A DNA stretch of 64,000 nucleotides, taken from an uncultured Gemmatimonadales bacterium. Its GTDB lineage: Bacteria; Gemmatimonadota; Gemmatimonadetes; Gemmatimonadales; GWC2-71-9. A program made the position numbers and the translations under genes. The DNA is taken from positions 288,001-352,000 of the forward strand of contig CAVUAK010000001.1 in NCBI GenBank assembly GCA_963739455.1. Direction: 5' to 3'. Of this stretch, positions 50,247 to 63,092 are shown piece by piece (position 1 is the first letter of the stretch; the number at the start of each line of letters is the position of its first letter). Under the pieces are notes generated by a model. The model ran no database searches. It was not told where the DNA came from and saw nothing but the letters and a program-made list of their open reading frames with translations.

Positions 50247-51510
50247 ATGTCCAACATCACCATCGAAAAGAAGTCCGAGGACGCTGCCTCCCGTTCCCTC
50301 CAGGTCACTGTGGGGGTCGAGCGGGTCAAGCAGGCCGAGGACAAGGCCGTGGCCATGTACGCCAGCCGCGCCCGCCTCCCCGGGTTCCGCCCCGGCAAGG
50401 CCCCCGTCGCCATCGTCCGGAAGAAGTTCGACCAGGCCATCAAGCAGGCGGTCCTGGAAGACGTCATCCGTGAGAGCTGGGAAACCGCGCAGACGGAACA
50501 GAACCTGAAGCCCATTTCCGACCCCTCGGTCCGGAACCTCAAGTTCGAGCAGGGTGGGCCGGTCGAGTTCGAGCTCGTGGTCGAGGTCCGTCCCGAGATC
50601 ACCCTGGCACGCACGGGCGGCTTCACCTTCACCCGCACCGTAGTGCCGGTGGACGAGGCCGCGATCACCAAGCAGCTGGACCAGATGCGCGAGCGGAAGG
50701 CCAACTGGCTCCCGGTCGAGAGTGGGAAGCCGTCGCCCGGCCAGATGGTGCGGGTCGAGGTGGCCCCGATCGATGACGGCAAGGCGGGCGAGTCTGCCCC
50801 GCACAACATCGTGCTGGGACAGAACCAGGCGGTGCCCGATCTCGAGGAGAAGGTCATGACCCTCGAGGCCGGCCAGACCGGTGGATGCCGACATCCGGTT
50901 CCCCGAGGATCATCCCGACGAGGCGCGCCGCGGACAGACCCGGAAGGTCCGGCTCACGCTGCACGAGATCAAGCGCCAGGAACTGCCGCCGCTCGACGAC
51001 GCCTTCGCGAACGAGGTGGGCGACTTCGAGACCCTGGCGGCCCTCAAGGAGGCCATCCGCACCGACCTCGCCCGTGACGCCGAGCGGAACGCCGACGCGC
51101 AGGTGCGCTCCGCGCTGATCAATGAGCTCGTCGCCGCCAACAACATCCCGGCGCCGCATTCGCTGGTGCACCGCTGGCTCCACGCCTACGCGCACCAGTT
51201 CGGGGTGCCCAGCGAGCCGCACGAGGCGCTGGCGAAGTTCGAGGAGCAGTTCCATTCCATCGCCGAGGCGCAGGTGCGCCGCGACCTGATCTTCGGGGCC
51301 CTGGTGGAGAAGGAGAAGCTGCACGCCACCGAGGCGGAAATCGACGAGCGCATCGGCGCGCTCGCCGCCGCGCGCGGAGTGTCGGCCGGCGACCTCTACG
51401 GCCAGCTCCAGAAGGCGGGGCGGCTGCAGGAACTGGAGCACAGCATCACCGAAGACAAGGCGTTCACCTGGCTGCTCTCGCAGTCCACCGTAGTGGAGGC
51501 GAAGTCCTGA
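50247..51510 (+). CDS. tig: Trigger factor; +1 frameshift ~50880
   Basis: [10 protein letters not shown] signature; [19 protein letters not shown]; upstream of clpP. Confidence 0.93.
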
Positions 51511-51512
51511 CG

Positions 51513-52134
51513 ATGGCCCTGTATCCGCCGTACATCATCGAGCGTTCCAGCCGCGGCGAGCGGACCTACGACATCTTCTCGCGCCTGCTCATGGACCGTA
51601 TCGTCTTTCTTGGCGCGCCGATCAACGACGACGTCGCCAACATCATCATCGCCCAGCTGCTCTTCCTCGAGGCCGACAACCCCGAGAAGGACATCTACCT
51701 GTACCTGAACTCGCCCGGTGGCGTCGTGTCGTCCGGCCTCGCCATCTACGACACCATGCAGCACCTCAAGGCGCCGGTGAACACGATCTGCATGGGCATG
51801 GCGGCCTCCATGGGGTCGTTCCTGCTGGCCGCGGGCAGCAAGGGCAAGCGCAGCGCGCTGCCCCACTCCCGGATCATGATCCACCAGCCGTCCGGCGGCG
51901 CGCAGGGCACCGCGGCCGACATCGAGATCCAGGCGCGGGAAATTCTCTACCTCCGCACCAAGCTGAACTCGCTCTACGCCCACCACACCGGCCAGCCGGT
52001 GGAGACGATCGAGCGGGACATGGACCGGGACCGGTTCATGAGCGCCGAGGAAGCGATGGCGTACGGCCTCATTGACAAGGTCTTCTCGCCCCGCAAAGGC
52101 GTCGGAGACCCTGGCCGCCGTCGCTGCGGGCTAG
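51513..52134 (+). CDS. clpP: ATP-dependent Clp protease proteolytic subunit; probable +1 error ~52096, corrected stop 52134
   Basis: [33 protein letters not shown]; corrected tail [13 protein letters not shown]. Confidence 0.95.
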
Positions 52135-52203
52135 CCCTTGACGCCCCCCGTGGGGCGGGCAAGCTTTCGGCTCGCCCCACACCACATCCCGGAAACGGCC
52201 TGA

Positions 52204-53448
<1,245 letters not shown>

Positions 53449-53452
<4 letters not shown>

Positions 53453-54050
53453 CACCCGCTCCCTTCCTCGATCTCCCGGTCGAGTTCGTCGGCTCCTTTC
53501 CCGACCCACTCACGAATCTCGACCCGGTCATGCCCGAGATCGCCTTCATCGGGCGCTCGAACGTGGGCAAGTCCAGTCTCCTCAACTCGCTCACCGGCCG
53601 GAAGGGCCTGGCGCGGGTCAGCGGCACCCCCGGCAAGACGCAGCACATGAACATGTTCCGGTTTCCCACCTTCTACCTGGTGGACCTGCCGGGCTACGGC
53701 TTTGCGCACGCGAACAAGGGCATGCGCGCCGGGCTACCGGAAGCTGGTCGAGGGCTACCTCACGAAGCGCGAGCAGCTGAAGGGCGTCGTCTGGCTGCTC
53801 GACATCCGGCACGAGCCGTCGAAGGACGACCTCAGCCTTCCAGGACCTGCTCGCCGAGAGCGGCCGGCCGGCCCTGGTGGTGCTGACCAAGGCCGACAAG
53901 CTCGGCCGCCAGCAGCAGCGGCTGCAGGCGAAGGCCATCGCGAAGGTGCTCGGCCTTACGGAGGAATCGCTGCAACTGGTGAGCAGCGTCGAGGGCACCG
54001 GGATCGCGGACCTGGGCGAGAGTATCAAGGCGGCAGTGGTGGCGGAGTAG
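53449..54050 (+). CDS. engB: Ribosome-biogenesis GTPase YihA/YsxC; +1 frameshifts ~53731 and ~53834; start CTG 53449 or ATG 53530
   Basis: [26 protein letters not shown]. Confidence 0.9.
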
Positions 54051-54090
54051 CTGCCGACTCCCTGACGACTGCCGACTGAAGACTGTAGAC
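54051..54090. repeat. 7-bp CTGMCGA-type array (5 units) starting right after the engB stop
   Basis: ctgccga ctc ctgacga ctgccga ctgaaga ctgtaga. Confidence 0.75.
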
Positions 54091-54113
54091 TAGGTGTACC
54101 CTTGGGAGGCTCA

Positions 54114-54807
54114 ATGACACGGTCCGCCACGCTCCTGCTCCTGCTCGTTGTCCCGGCGCTCTCGCACCCGCGGCATTCCCATGCCCAGAACCTTCCCAGT
54201 TCCGAGCAGGTGCTGCCGCCCGGCTACGGCACGCTCAAGCAGGAAGACCTGCAGATCGCCCTCGCGACCACGGCGCTCGAGATCCGCTTCACCCCGCTCG
54301 ATCCCCGGGTGATCAACCTGCTGGCGCCCGACGCATACGGGGCCATGGCGGCGCTGGTCAAGAACAACCGGCCCCGCATCGACTCGGCTGCACGCGTCAA
54401 CGCCGTCTCGCGTCCCGGCATCGCCTTTGTCCAGTTCTATGGCCTGCAGCCCGGCGCCAACTTCGACGCACAGTCCCTGGTGCTGGTGTTCCGGGGACGG
54501 CTGCTGCGGCCGATCTCCATCATTCCCTATAGCCAGAAATTCACCGATGGCCGCCTCGAGCCGCGACAGCTCGTAACCGCCTTCTACCTGTTCGAGGAAC
54601 AGATTCCCGGTCCTCGAGCCGTTCACCCTGCAGTACTACCAGCAGGGCTCGACCGAGTGGACCAGCAGTCGCGTCTCGAAGATCAACAACGAACGCCAGC
54701 GCGTCCTGTTGCGGTCGTCGGCCGGCACCTCCTCCACCGCCCCGGCACCCGCAACGCCCCCCGCCCCCGGAACGACCCCGGTAGTAGCAGCACCCCCGCA
54801 GCCCTGA
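54114..54807 (+). CDS. Secreted hypothetical protein; probable +1 frameshift ~54607
   Basis: SD GGAGG, signal peptide; the corrected frame ends in a Pro/Thr-rich tail and TGA 54807. Confidence 0.65.
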
Positions 54808-54812
54808 CACCC

Positions 54813-54858
54813 GGGCGGGGTCCTCCCCGCCCTCCCCGCCCTCCCCGCCCTCCCCGCC
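54813..54858. repeat. 9-bp array: 1 G-rich + 4 C-rich units
   Basis: gggcgggg tcct (ccccgccct)x3 ccccgcc. Confidence 0.85.
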
Positions 54859-54927
54859 GTTACACCAATGTGACCCAACCAGGTCATCACGGCGCACGTC
54901 CGTGACTCTGTGACACATCCGTGGCAA
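54859..54927 (+). promoter_or_regulatory. 11-bp-spaced GTKRC direct repeats (OmpR/PhoB-type boxes)
   Basis: GTTACAC-caat-GTGACCC (54859) and GTGACAC-atcc-GTGGCAA (54910). Confidence 0.45.
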
Positions 54928-55039
54928 TTCGGTGCGCCATCCGATACGCGAATCGGGGACTTTTGGGCCGTTCCTGAACGGGCGGCACAGCCGGACATCG
55001 CCGGCGCCTGCCCGACATGCACCCGGGCCCCAGAGAGCC

Positions 55040-57797
55040 ATGCACCGCATTCGATCGCACGCGTTCCTTGCCTTCCTCCTCACGCTGATGCTCGTGCCCG
55101 CCGCACTGGCCGCCCAGCAGACCGGCCGCATCGTCGGTCGCATAGTCGAGAGCGGACAGGGTGCACCGATCGCCGGGGCGCAGGTCCAGGTCGCCGGCAC
55201 CGACATCCATACGGTGTCGGCTATCGACGGTCGCTACACGCTGCAGAATGTGCCGGTGGGACCGGCGTCCATCACCGCGCGCATGCTGGGCTACGCGCCC
55301 AAGACGGTGACGGGCCTGGTGGTCACCTCGAAGGACGTGGTCGAGCAGAACATCTCACTGTCCTCGTCAGTGGTGCAGCTGGAAGAGGTGGCGGTGACCG
55401 CGGAGGCGGAGAAGGGCTCGATCAACTCCGCATTCGAGACCCAGAAGAACGCGATCAACGTCGTCAACTCCCTGAGCGCCGAGCAGATGGAGAAGTCACC
55501 CGACGGCGACGCCGGCGCTGCGGTGCAGCGCGTCAGCGGCGTATCGGTGGAAGACGGCAAGTACGTGATTGTCCGAGGCCTTGGAGAGCGCTATACCACC
55601 ACGGCGCTCAATGGAGCCACCATCCCGAGCGCCGAGACCGACCGCAAGGTGGTCCCGCTCGACCTCTTCCCCACGGAACTGCTCGAAGGCATCACCACCT
55701 CGAAGACCTTTACCCCCGACCAGCCGGGCGACTTCAGCGGCGCCCGCGTCGACTTGAAGACGAAGGAATTCCCGGCCGGCCGCCAGATCAACCTCGGCGT
55801 GTCAGCCGGCTTCAACACGCTCGCGACCGGGCAGAACATCGCGAAGGCCCCAACCACGAGTGGCGACTGGTTCGGCAACGGTGCCAAGAACCGCGCGCTG
55901 CCGTCCAATGTCGCCGCCGCCGGCGACCTGCAGGGCAGCAGCCAGGCGCAGCTCAACTCCTACATGGCGTCCTTCCGCAATGTCTGGAGCCCCAATGACG
56001 GCACCGGCAACGGCGCCGGCGGCTTCAATGCCTCCATTGGTGGTGAGGACCCGCTCTTCAAGCACATGTTCGGCTACCTCGCATCGTTCAGCTACGGCTA
56101 TGCGCAGGAGATCCAGTCGGACGAGACGAAGGGCATGGTCAAGCTTGGGCCGGAGTCCGGCACCGCACTGGCCCTGAACCAGTACAGCGGCCAGAGCTCC
56201 ATCGGCAGCGTCCTCTGGGGCGGCATGGTCAACCTCTCGACCCGCATCGGGTCGGGAACCAAGCTTGCCTTCAACAACACGCTCACTCGCGGCGCCGACA
56301 ACTCGGTCGAGAATCTCAGCGGGTTGAACGAGGAGTACGCCACCGATTTCGCCTTCTCGCGCATCACGTACATCCAGCGCAGCGTCCGCACCAACCAGCT
56401 GCTCGGCAACCACCTCATCGGCCAGCGCAACTTCGTCACCTGGCAGGTGGCGACCAGCGGGATCAACCGCGATGAGCCCGATCGTTCCGATATCGGCTAC
56501 CTCGCCCGCCCCGGCACCGATGGGGCGCTGGAACCCTACCAGTGGTTCGGCCAGACCCGCTTCGCCACCCGCACCTGGAGCACGCTCGATCAGACCAGCT
56601 GGGACCTGGGCGCCAACTGGCAGCACAGCTTCGGGTCGCTCAACCGGCCCTGGATCGTGAAGGGCGGCGCAGGCTGGCGCACCGCCAGTCGCAACGTGGA
56701 CGTCCGGGCCTATGACATGGTGAACCAGGGTCTCGGCACCGGGCAGTTGCAGCAGCAGCCGGAAGACATCTTCTCGCAGGGCGAACATCGACGCCAGCAG
56801 CTTCTTCATGCAGGCGAACGCCAACGGTGGCCGGTACGACGCCAGCGAGGACATCTACGCCGGCTACCTGCAGATGGAGTTCCCCCTGACTCGCCGGCTG
56901 CAGTTCGTGGGTGGCGCCCGGCTCGAGGCGTGGAACCTCGACGTGGCCAGCGTCACGACAACTGGCGAGGTGGTGGATGCCAACCCGACCGCGACCGACA
57001 TCCTGCCGTCGCTCGCGCTCAACTACGTGCTCACGCCCGACCAGAACCTGCGCTTCGCCGCCACCCAGACGGTGTCGCGCCCCGAGTACCGTGAACTGTC
57101 ACCGATCGCCTTCTTCGAGCAAGTCGGCTTCGCCATCACCCAGGGTAACCCCGCCCTGACCCGCGCCCTGATCCAGAACCTCGACCTGCGCTGGGAGTGG
57201 TTCCCCCGCTCCGGCGAGATCATCAGTGCCGGCGTCTTTTACAAGCACTTCATCACGCCGATCGAGAAGGTCTACATCGCGGCCGCCGGCGCCAACGTGC
57301 TGAGCTACGTGAATGCCGATGCCGCCGACAACTACGGCCTGGAGCTCGAGGCGCGGAAGAACCTCGACTTCATCGGCAAGGGCCTGAAGGTGCTCACGGC
57401 ATACACCAACGTCACCCTGATGAAGAGCTCCATCACGGTCGGCAATGACAGCATCTCGGCCCTGACCAACCCGGTGCGGCCGATGGTGGGGCAGTCCCCG
57501 TACATCGTGAACGCCGGGCTGCTCTTCGCCAAGGGCGCGTGGGCGGCATCGCTGCTCTACAACGTGCAGGGCCAGCGCATCCTCGAGGCCGGCGTGGAAG
57601 GCATCCCCGACGCCTACGAGAAGCCGCGCAACATGATCGACGCGACCGTGCAGATCCCGGTCCTCAGCAACCTGACGGCCAAGCTCGAGGCGCGAAACCT
57701 TCTCGACGCGCAGTACCTGCTCGTGCAGGGCGGGGTCACGCGACAGGCGTACAACGCCGGGCGGATTTTCGGCGTGAGTTTCCGGTGGGAGATCTAG
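55040..57797 (+). CDS. TonB-dependent receptor; +1 frameshift ~56780
   Basis: Carboxypeptidase-regulatory-like domain; plug RVSGVS..VRGLGERY..LDLFP..KTFTPDQPGDFSG; GNPAL, DLRWEWFP; C-terminal aromatic strand. Confidence 0.92.
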
Positions 57798-57803
57798 GCG
57801 GCG

Positions 57804-57832
57804 TTGACACGATTGTGACGCAACGGTCACGG
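57804..57832 (+). promoter_or_regulatory. Triple 11-bp-spaced direct repeat (OmpR/PhoB-type)
   Basis: TTGACAC-gatt-GTGACGC-aacg-GTCACGG at 57804/57815/57826. Confidence 0.5.
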
Positions 57833-57925
57833 GGGCGGGACGCGCACAGGGTTTCGTGCTCCCCGAATTCACGGTGGTCGTGCCGTCGTGAGGTCACGAG
57901 ATTCAACTTCTACGAGGGAATGACG

Positions 57926-59648
57926 ATGACGCGGTTACCTAGGAAAGTGGTGCTCGCTGGCCTTGCCGGCCTGACGGCAATGGTCACACTTGCTGCGTGC
58001 AGCAGCGACAATGGACCGTCGGCTCCCTGCCACGCCGACCGGGCTCGCCGTGACGGCGCTGACCGCCACGTCGACCCGGATCACCTGGACCGCCGTCTCC
58101 GGCGCCACCAGCTACACCCTGCAGCGCGCCGTGGTCACGGCCCCGACGGTCTTCACCGACCTGAGCACCACCCTGACGGTCGCGACCTACGATGATCCCG
58201 GCCTGACGCCACCGCTGTCCAACTACCTCTATCGGGTCGCAGCCACGAACGCGACCGGCACCAGCGCCTTCTCCGGGACGCGCAGCGTCGGCGCCTTCAT
58301 CTCCGGCAACATCACTGCCAGCCGCACGCTCTACAGCGACACCGTCTACACGCTCTCCGGCTACGTGAAGGTGCAGAGCGGTGCGACCCTGACCATCCAG
58401 CCTGGCACCAAGATCGTGGGCGACACGACGGCGCCGGGCAGCTCGCTCTGGATCCTTCGCGGTGCCAAGATCGAGGCCAACGGTACCGCCGCGGCGCCGA
58501 TCGTGTTCACCTCGGCGCGCGCGTCAGGCAACCGCAAGCCGGGTGACTGGGGCGGCATCATCATCATCGGCAATGGCATCATCAACCGTACCGGCAACCC
58601 GATCCTCACCGAGGGCGGCGCGGCGGGTGTGGCCGAGAACTATGCTGGCGGCACCGACAACAACGACAACAGCGGCACGCTGCGCTACGTGCGCATCGAG
58701 TTCGCCGGCTACGACATCTCGAACGGCGCCGGCCAGGAGCTCAACACGCTCTCCAGCTACGCCGTCGGCCGGGGCACCACGTACGAGTACATCCAGAGCA
58801 TGACCGGCCTCGATGACTCGTTCGAGTGGTGGGGTGGCGCAGTCGACAGCCGGTACCTGGTTTCCTACGAGTCGGGTGACGACCACTTCGACTGGACCGA
58901 GGGCTACCAGGGCCGTAACCAGTTCATGATCGCCTTCCAGAGCACGCGCATCACGCCGGCGGCAAACACCGGCACGCTGTCGAGCGACCCCCGCGGCTTC
59001 GAGGGCGATGGCTGCGATCCCGCCGTGGCCGGTTGCACCGTCACGGCGACCACTGCCAGCACGCCATACTCCATGCCGGTGTTCGCGAACTTCACCATGA
59101 TCGGCACTGGCGACCTGGTCGCTTCATTCCCGGCTGACGGCAACGGCGGCGTGTGGCGCCGCGGCACCGGCGGCACCGTGTACAACGGCATCATGGGCCG
59201 CTACAAGGGCACCGCCATCAACATCCGTGATGCGTGGACCGATACCCTGTGGACCGGCTGGAAGGCACCGAACACCAAGGACTCGCTCTGGATCTCCAAC
59301 ACGTTGCTCGCGCAGAACGGGGCGGACTACGACGCCGAGGGCGGCACGTTCTACGGCCAGCCGACCAACTGGGACCCGACGCGCCTCGCAACGATGAAGA
59401 CCTACCCGTCAGGCACCCAGATCGACGTCCTGCTGGGCCTGGGCCTCACGGCACCGGCGCTCAACTGGAAGCCGAGCGCTGCGTCCCCCGCTGCTACCGG
59501 CGGATTGACGGCGCCGCCGGCCCTGATCACCGCCCGCACGACGAACTACTTCGGCGGCACCTGGGCCAACACGTCCTACCTCGGCGCCGTGGATCCGGCG
59601 GCTGGCACGCTGTGGTACTCCGGTTGGACTGTCTACCAGACCAACTGA
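57926..59648 (+). CDS. Surface lipoprotein: FN3 domain plus beta-helix-like domain; +1 frameshift ~58025
   Basis: Lipobox LAAC; PTGLAVT..ITW..Y..YRVAA.N FN3; PIVFTS, GDWGGIIIIG, SGTLRYVRIEFAG, DDSFEWWGG, DDHFDWTEGY. Confidence 0.82.
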
Positions 59649-59663
59649 GCTGAACGTACAATT

Positions 59664-59700
59664 CGCCCGACCGGTGGCAGGTCTGCCGGTCGGGCGTTTT
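59664..59700 (+). terminator. Intrinsic terminator
   Basis: cgcccgaccgg...ccggtcgggcg followed by tttt. Confidence 0.8.
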
Positions 59701-59733
59701 CTTGCCCGCGAACCGCTTGTAACGAGGAAGTGC

Positions 59734-60351
59734 ATGAACCGCTCGACCCTGATTGTCGTCACCATCGCCGCGTTTGCTGCCGCCTGCGGCGGTGAGCGCG
59801 CCCCGGACGCTGCGGCATCGACTGTCGTGGCGGCCGCGGCACCCCAGCATGTCGATAGCGTGGTGCCGCGCGAGGTGGCCCTGGCGCAGTTCCGCGAGGG
59901 AACGAAGCAGGTCGACCGCTTCTCGGGCGGCGCCCCATCGCGTGACGCCCTCGTGCAAGCCTGGGTGAAGGCGGTCGAGGCCAATGACACCGTGGGCCTG
60001 GCGCGACTGCGCATCTCACGCGATGAGTTCGCGTGGCTCTACTATCCCACCGCGAAACAGGGGCTGCCGCCGTACGACCTGAGCCCGTCGCTGATGTGGT
60101 TTGTGGTGGATGGAGGGAGCAACAAGGGAGAGGCCAGGCTGCTGCAGGACCGCGGCGGAAAGCCGCTGCACGTCGTCGGCTACACCTGCGATCCGCAGTC
60201 GTCAGTCGAGGGGGAGAACACCAGCTGGGGGCCCTGCGTCCTCAAGCGCGTGCCGGCAAGGGGCGACACCCTCGAGGAGCGGCTGTTCGGGCTGATCGTG
60301 GAGCGCGGCGGGGAATGGAAGTTCCTGAGCTATAAGGGGAGGTACGACTAG
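59734..60351 (+). CDS. Hypothetical lipoprotein
   Basis: SD GAGG, lipobox AAAC, one Cys pair. Confidence 0.7.
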   Translation: MNRSTLIVVTIAAFAAACGGERAPDAAASTVVAAAAPQHVDSVVPREVALAQFREGTKQVDRFSGGAPSRDALVQAWVKAVEANDTVGLARLRISRDEFAWLYYPTAKQGLPPYDLSPSLMWFVVDGGSNKGEARLLQDRGGKPLHVVGYTCDPQSSVEGENTSWGPCVLKRVPARGDTLEERLFGLIVERGGEWKFLSYKGRYD

Positions 60352-60417
60352 GGCGGGGAGGGCGGGGAGGGCGGGAGGGCGGGGAGGGCGGGGAGGGCGG
60401 GGAGGGCGGGGAGGGCG
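60350..60417. repeat. 9-bp AGGGCGGGG array (7 units + partial), left arm
   Basis: Starts inside the TAG stop at 60349-60351. Confidence 0.95.
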
Positions 60418-60429
60418 CGAAAGTAGGGC

Positions 60430-60810
60430 TCATTTCGGATGACGCCGTGCGGTACCAGCGTTTCTCATGCTTCGCGCCAACAATACAACGAGCCCCATCG
60501 CATTCGATTGCAATTCAGTCAGTTCCTGCCACTTGTCGCGTGGCAGGAACCCAAGATCAAGCGCCAACCGCAAGTGATTGTCGAGTTCTCCGAGGGAGCC
60601 CAGCGAAATATCGAGATAGCGCTTGAACTCGCGCGGACCGAGGCGCGCCGCTCCTTCGGCGATGTTCGCACCAGCAGAACCAGCCGCGCGCCGCGCCTGA
60701 CCGATAAGGCCAAACCTCTCGGTGGTCGGCCAGGAGTTCGTCACTTCATAGACAGCCAATGTGAGTTGATGCACTCGCTGCCACGCGAGTAACCGCTCGT
60801 GTCGGGCCAT
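60430..60810 (-). CDS. Four-helix-bundle protein (23S rRNA IVS protein family, Avd-related fold)
   Basis: L.AWQ..H.L...VY.VT..WP..ERFGL..Q.RRAA.S..ANIAEG....EF.RYL.IS.GSL.E....L.LA.DLGF. Confidence 0.92.
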   Translation of the reverse strand: MARHERLLAWQRVHQLTLAVYEVTNSWPTTERFGLIGQARRAAGSAGANIAEGAARLGPREFKRYLDISLGSLGELDNHLRLALDLGFLPRDKWQELTELQSNAMGLVVLLARSMRNAGTARRHPK

Positions 60811-60885
60811 GCGGAAATGTTCTACCTGAAAAGCCAGCAACTGGCACCCAAACAACGCCAGGCGGGCCGGAACCCCGCTGTACTT

Positions 60886-60930
60886 CCCCGCCCTCCCCGC
60901 CTTCCCCGCCTTCCCCGCCTTCCCCGCCCT
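60886..60930. repeat. 9-bp CCCCGCCYT array (5 units), right arm, inverted relative to the left arm
   Basis: Ends inside the TGA stop (tca 60930-60932) of the upstream minus-strand gene. Confidence 0.95.
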
Positions 60931-62342
60931 CAATACCCCGCTCTATCCGCTGCCTGCCACGGAGCGAGGACGACATTCCCCGACACCTTCTCGCTCGTGG
61001 CTTCCTCCGAGGCGCTGTCCCAGTAGTTGCCGCCGGCATTGAGCTCCGGCGCGATCACATAGAACCGGCCCGGGCGCAGGAAGATGTTCCCCTGCACCGC
61101 GGCATCCTTTGCGGCTGCGTCGGCCACCAGCGCTTCGCGGTTGCCATCGAACACATTCCCCCTGATGCGCAGCTGCGTCGTTCCCTGCAGTACCAGGGCG
61201 CGCTCGAAACGCGACAGCGTGTTGTCGCTGACCCGATAGCCCCGGCTCGGCGGGCCGGTCTGCGCCGACGTGAAGAGCTTGATGCCATCCTTGCCGCCGA
61301 TCAGCACGTTGCCCGCGATCTCGTTGTCGCTGCCATGCTCGATCGCGATCGCCGCCTCGCGGCTTCCCACCGCCGTGTTTCCCCGGACCGTGGCCCCGGT
61401 GGAATAGCCCAGCCAGAACCCGTAGGCCGAGCTGTCGGCGCGATTGTCGAGGAACACCGTGGCCCAGCTCCACGTGGCCTCGAAGGCGTTGTGGTAGGCG
61501 TGACTGGCATCGTTCCGGATCACCAGGTTGCCCACCGAGGGCTCGAGCCCCGGTTGGTGCCCGCTCAGGAAGAAGCCGTCGCCCGACCAGCGGAGGTCGT
61601 TGTCGGCGATGACGTTCGAGTCGCTTCGCTGCCGGAGCAGCAGCGCCGCGGAATCGCACCCGTGGCTGTACCCCTCGCTCTCGCACCGCACGTTGTGCAT
61701 CGCCCGGTTCCGCAGCAATGCGTTGCGTGACGAGCGCCAGAGGCTCATGCCCCAGCCGCTGTTGTCCGAGACGTCGTTGTCCAGCAACTGGCTCCGCCGC
61801 ACGCTCGACAGCATGATGCCGTTCTGCGCATCCCTGGCCGTCACCCCCTGCACGGTGATGCCCTCGGCGTTCTTGAGGTAGAGCCCGGCCCCGTAGGTCT
61901 CGAAGGTGTCGGGATGAAAAATGTCGAGCCAGTCCGCCTCGGCGAACTGCGCGGGGGTCGAGCGCAGCTCCTGCGCCCGTGAGCCTGACAGCGTCATTCC
62001 CGTCACCGTGTGCCCCGACCCGCCCTCCAGTAGCACTCCGATGCGGTATCCGCGAATCGTGCCGCCGGTGATCGCGACGCTGTCCACGTTGCGGAGCGTG
62101 ACCCCATACCCCGTGTAGCGGCTGGGCACCGAGTCACCGCTCTCGATGATGACGCCATCGAGGTCGAGGTGTACCCCGGACGCCGCCACCACCAGCACGC
62201 CCTTCTGTCCCGGGTCGGCGATCCGGTACCGGCCCGGACAGATCTTCGTGTCACCGCGCAGCTCGGTACCGGCGCGGGCCACGCGAGTGCATGGCGCAGC
62301 GGCGTTCAGCAGGGCGAGGACAGCGATGACGCCAGATATCAT
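60930..62342 (-). CDS. Secreted right-handed beta-helix (NosD/pectin-lyase-like) protein
   Basis: Signal peptide from ATG 62342 (overlaps the hisF stop); many N-x-x-x-x-N/GI-x-L repeats. Confidence 0.8.
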   Translation of the reverse strand: MISGVIAVLALLNAAAPCTRVARAGTELRGDTKICPGRYRIADPGQKGVLVVAASGVHLDLDGVIIESGDSVPSRYTGYGVTLRNVDSVAITGGTIRGYRIGVLLEGGSGHTVTGMTLSGSRAQELRSTPAQFAEADWLDIFHPDTFETYGAGLYLKNAEGITVQGVTARDAQNGIMLSSVRRSQLLDNDVSDNSGWGMSLWRSSRNALLRNRAMHNVRCESEGYSHGCDSAALLLRQRSDSNVIADNDLRWSGDGFFLSGHQPGLEPSVGNLVIRNDASHAYHNAFEATWSWATVFLDNRADSSAYGFWLGYSTGATVRGNTAVGSREAAIAIEHGSDNEIAGNVLIGGKDGIKLFTSAQTGPPSRGYRVSDNTLSRFERALVLQGTTQLRIRGNVFDGNREALVADAAAKDAAVQGNIFLRPGRFYVIAPELNAGGNYWDSASEEATSEKVSGNVVLAPWQAADRAGY

Positions 62343-63092
62343 GGTCGCACCGGGTAGCCCCGGCTCTTGAGATAGGCGCGGGCCTCGGGGAGCGAGGACC
62401 CGCGAAAGTGAAAGATCGATGCCGCCAGCACCCCATGTGCCCCGGCCTCGAGGGCATCCGCCAGGTCTTCGAGCTTTCCCGCCCCACCCGAGGCGATCAC
62501 CGGAATCTCGACAGCGCGCGACACCGCCGACGTGAGCACCAGGTCGTAGCCCGATTGTGTGCCGTCCCGATCCATCGACGTGAGCAGGATCTCGCCCGGC
62601 ACCACGCTGCTCGAGTTCCTCCGCCCACTCCACCGCGGTGCGGGCGGTGGCCTCACGGCCGCCGGTCACCATCACGACGTCGCGCCCATCCACCCGCTTG
62701 CTGTCGACCGCCACCACCACGCACTGGCTCCCGAAGCTGTCCGCCAGGCGCCGCACGAGGTCGGGGTCACGCACCGCGGCGGTGTTGACCGCCACCTTGT
62801 CGGCGCCGGCACGGAGCGCCTGGCCCGCATCGGCCACCGTGCGGATCCCGCCACCCACCGTGAAAGGAATGAACAGGCGGTCAGCCACGCGGCTCACCAT
62901 CTCGAGGGTCGTCGAGCGCGCCTCGTAGCTCGCCGCGATGTCGAGGAACACCAGCTCGTCGGCACCTTCGGCGTCGTAGTGCGCCCCCTGCTCCACCGGG
63001 TCACCGGCATCGCGGAGCGACTCGAAGTGCACGCCCTTCACCACCCGTCCGTTCGCGACGTCGAGGCATGGGATGATGCGCCGGGCTAGCAT
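62339..63092 (-). CDS. hisF: Imidazole glycerol phosphate synthase cyclase subunit; +1 frameshift ~62597
   Basis: [62 protein letters not shown]. Confidence 0.96.

Noticed and set aside
60430..60810. Diversity-generating retroelement (Avd-like gene plus variable kinase paralogs)
   Set aside because: No reverse transcriptase in the window, and I saw no TR/VR pair differing only at adenines.
60930..63092. 720-aa HisF/beta-helix fusion in the ORF track
   Set aside because: Artefact of a +1 base at ~62597. The HisF C-terminus continues in another frame to a stop at 62339, and the beta-helix gene has its own ATG and signal peptide.
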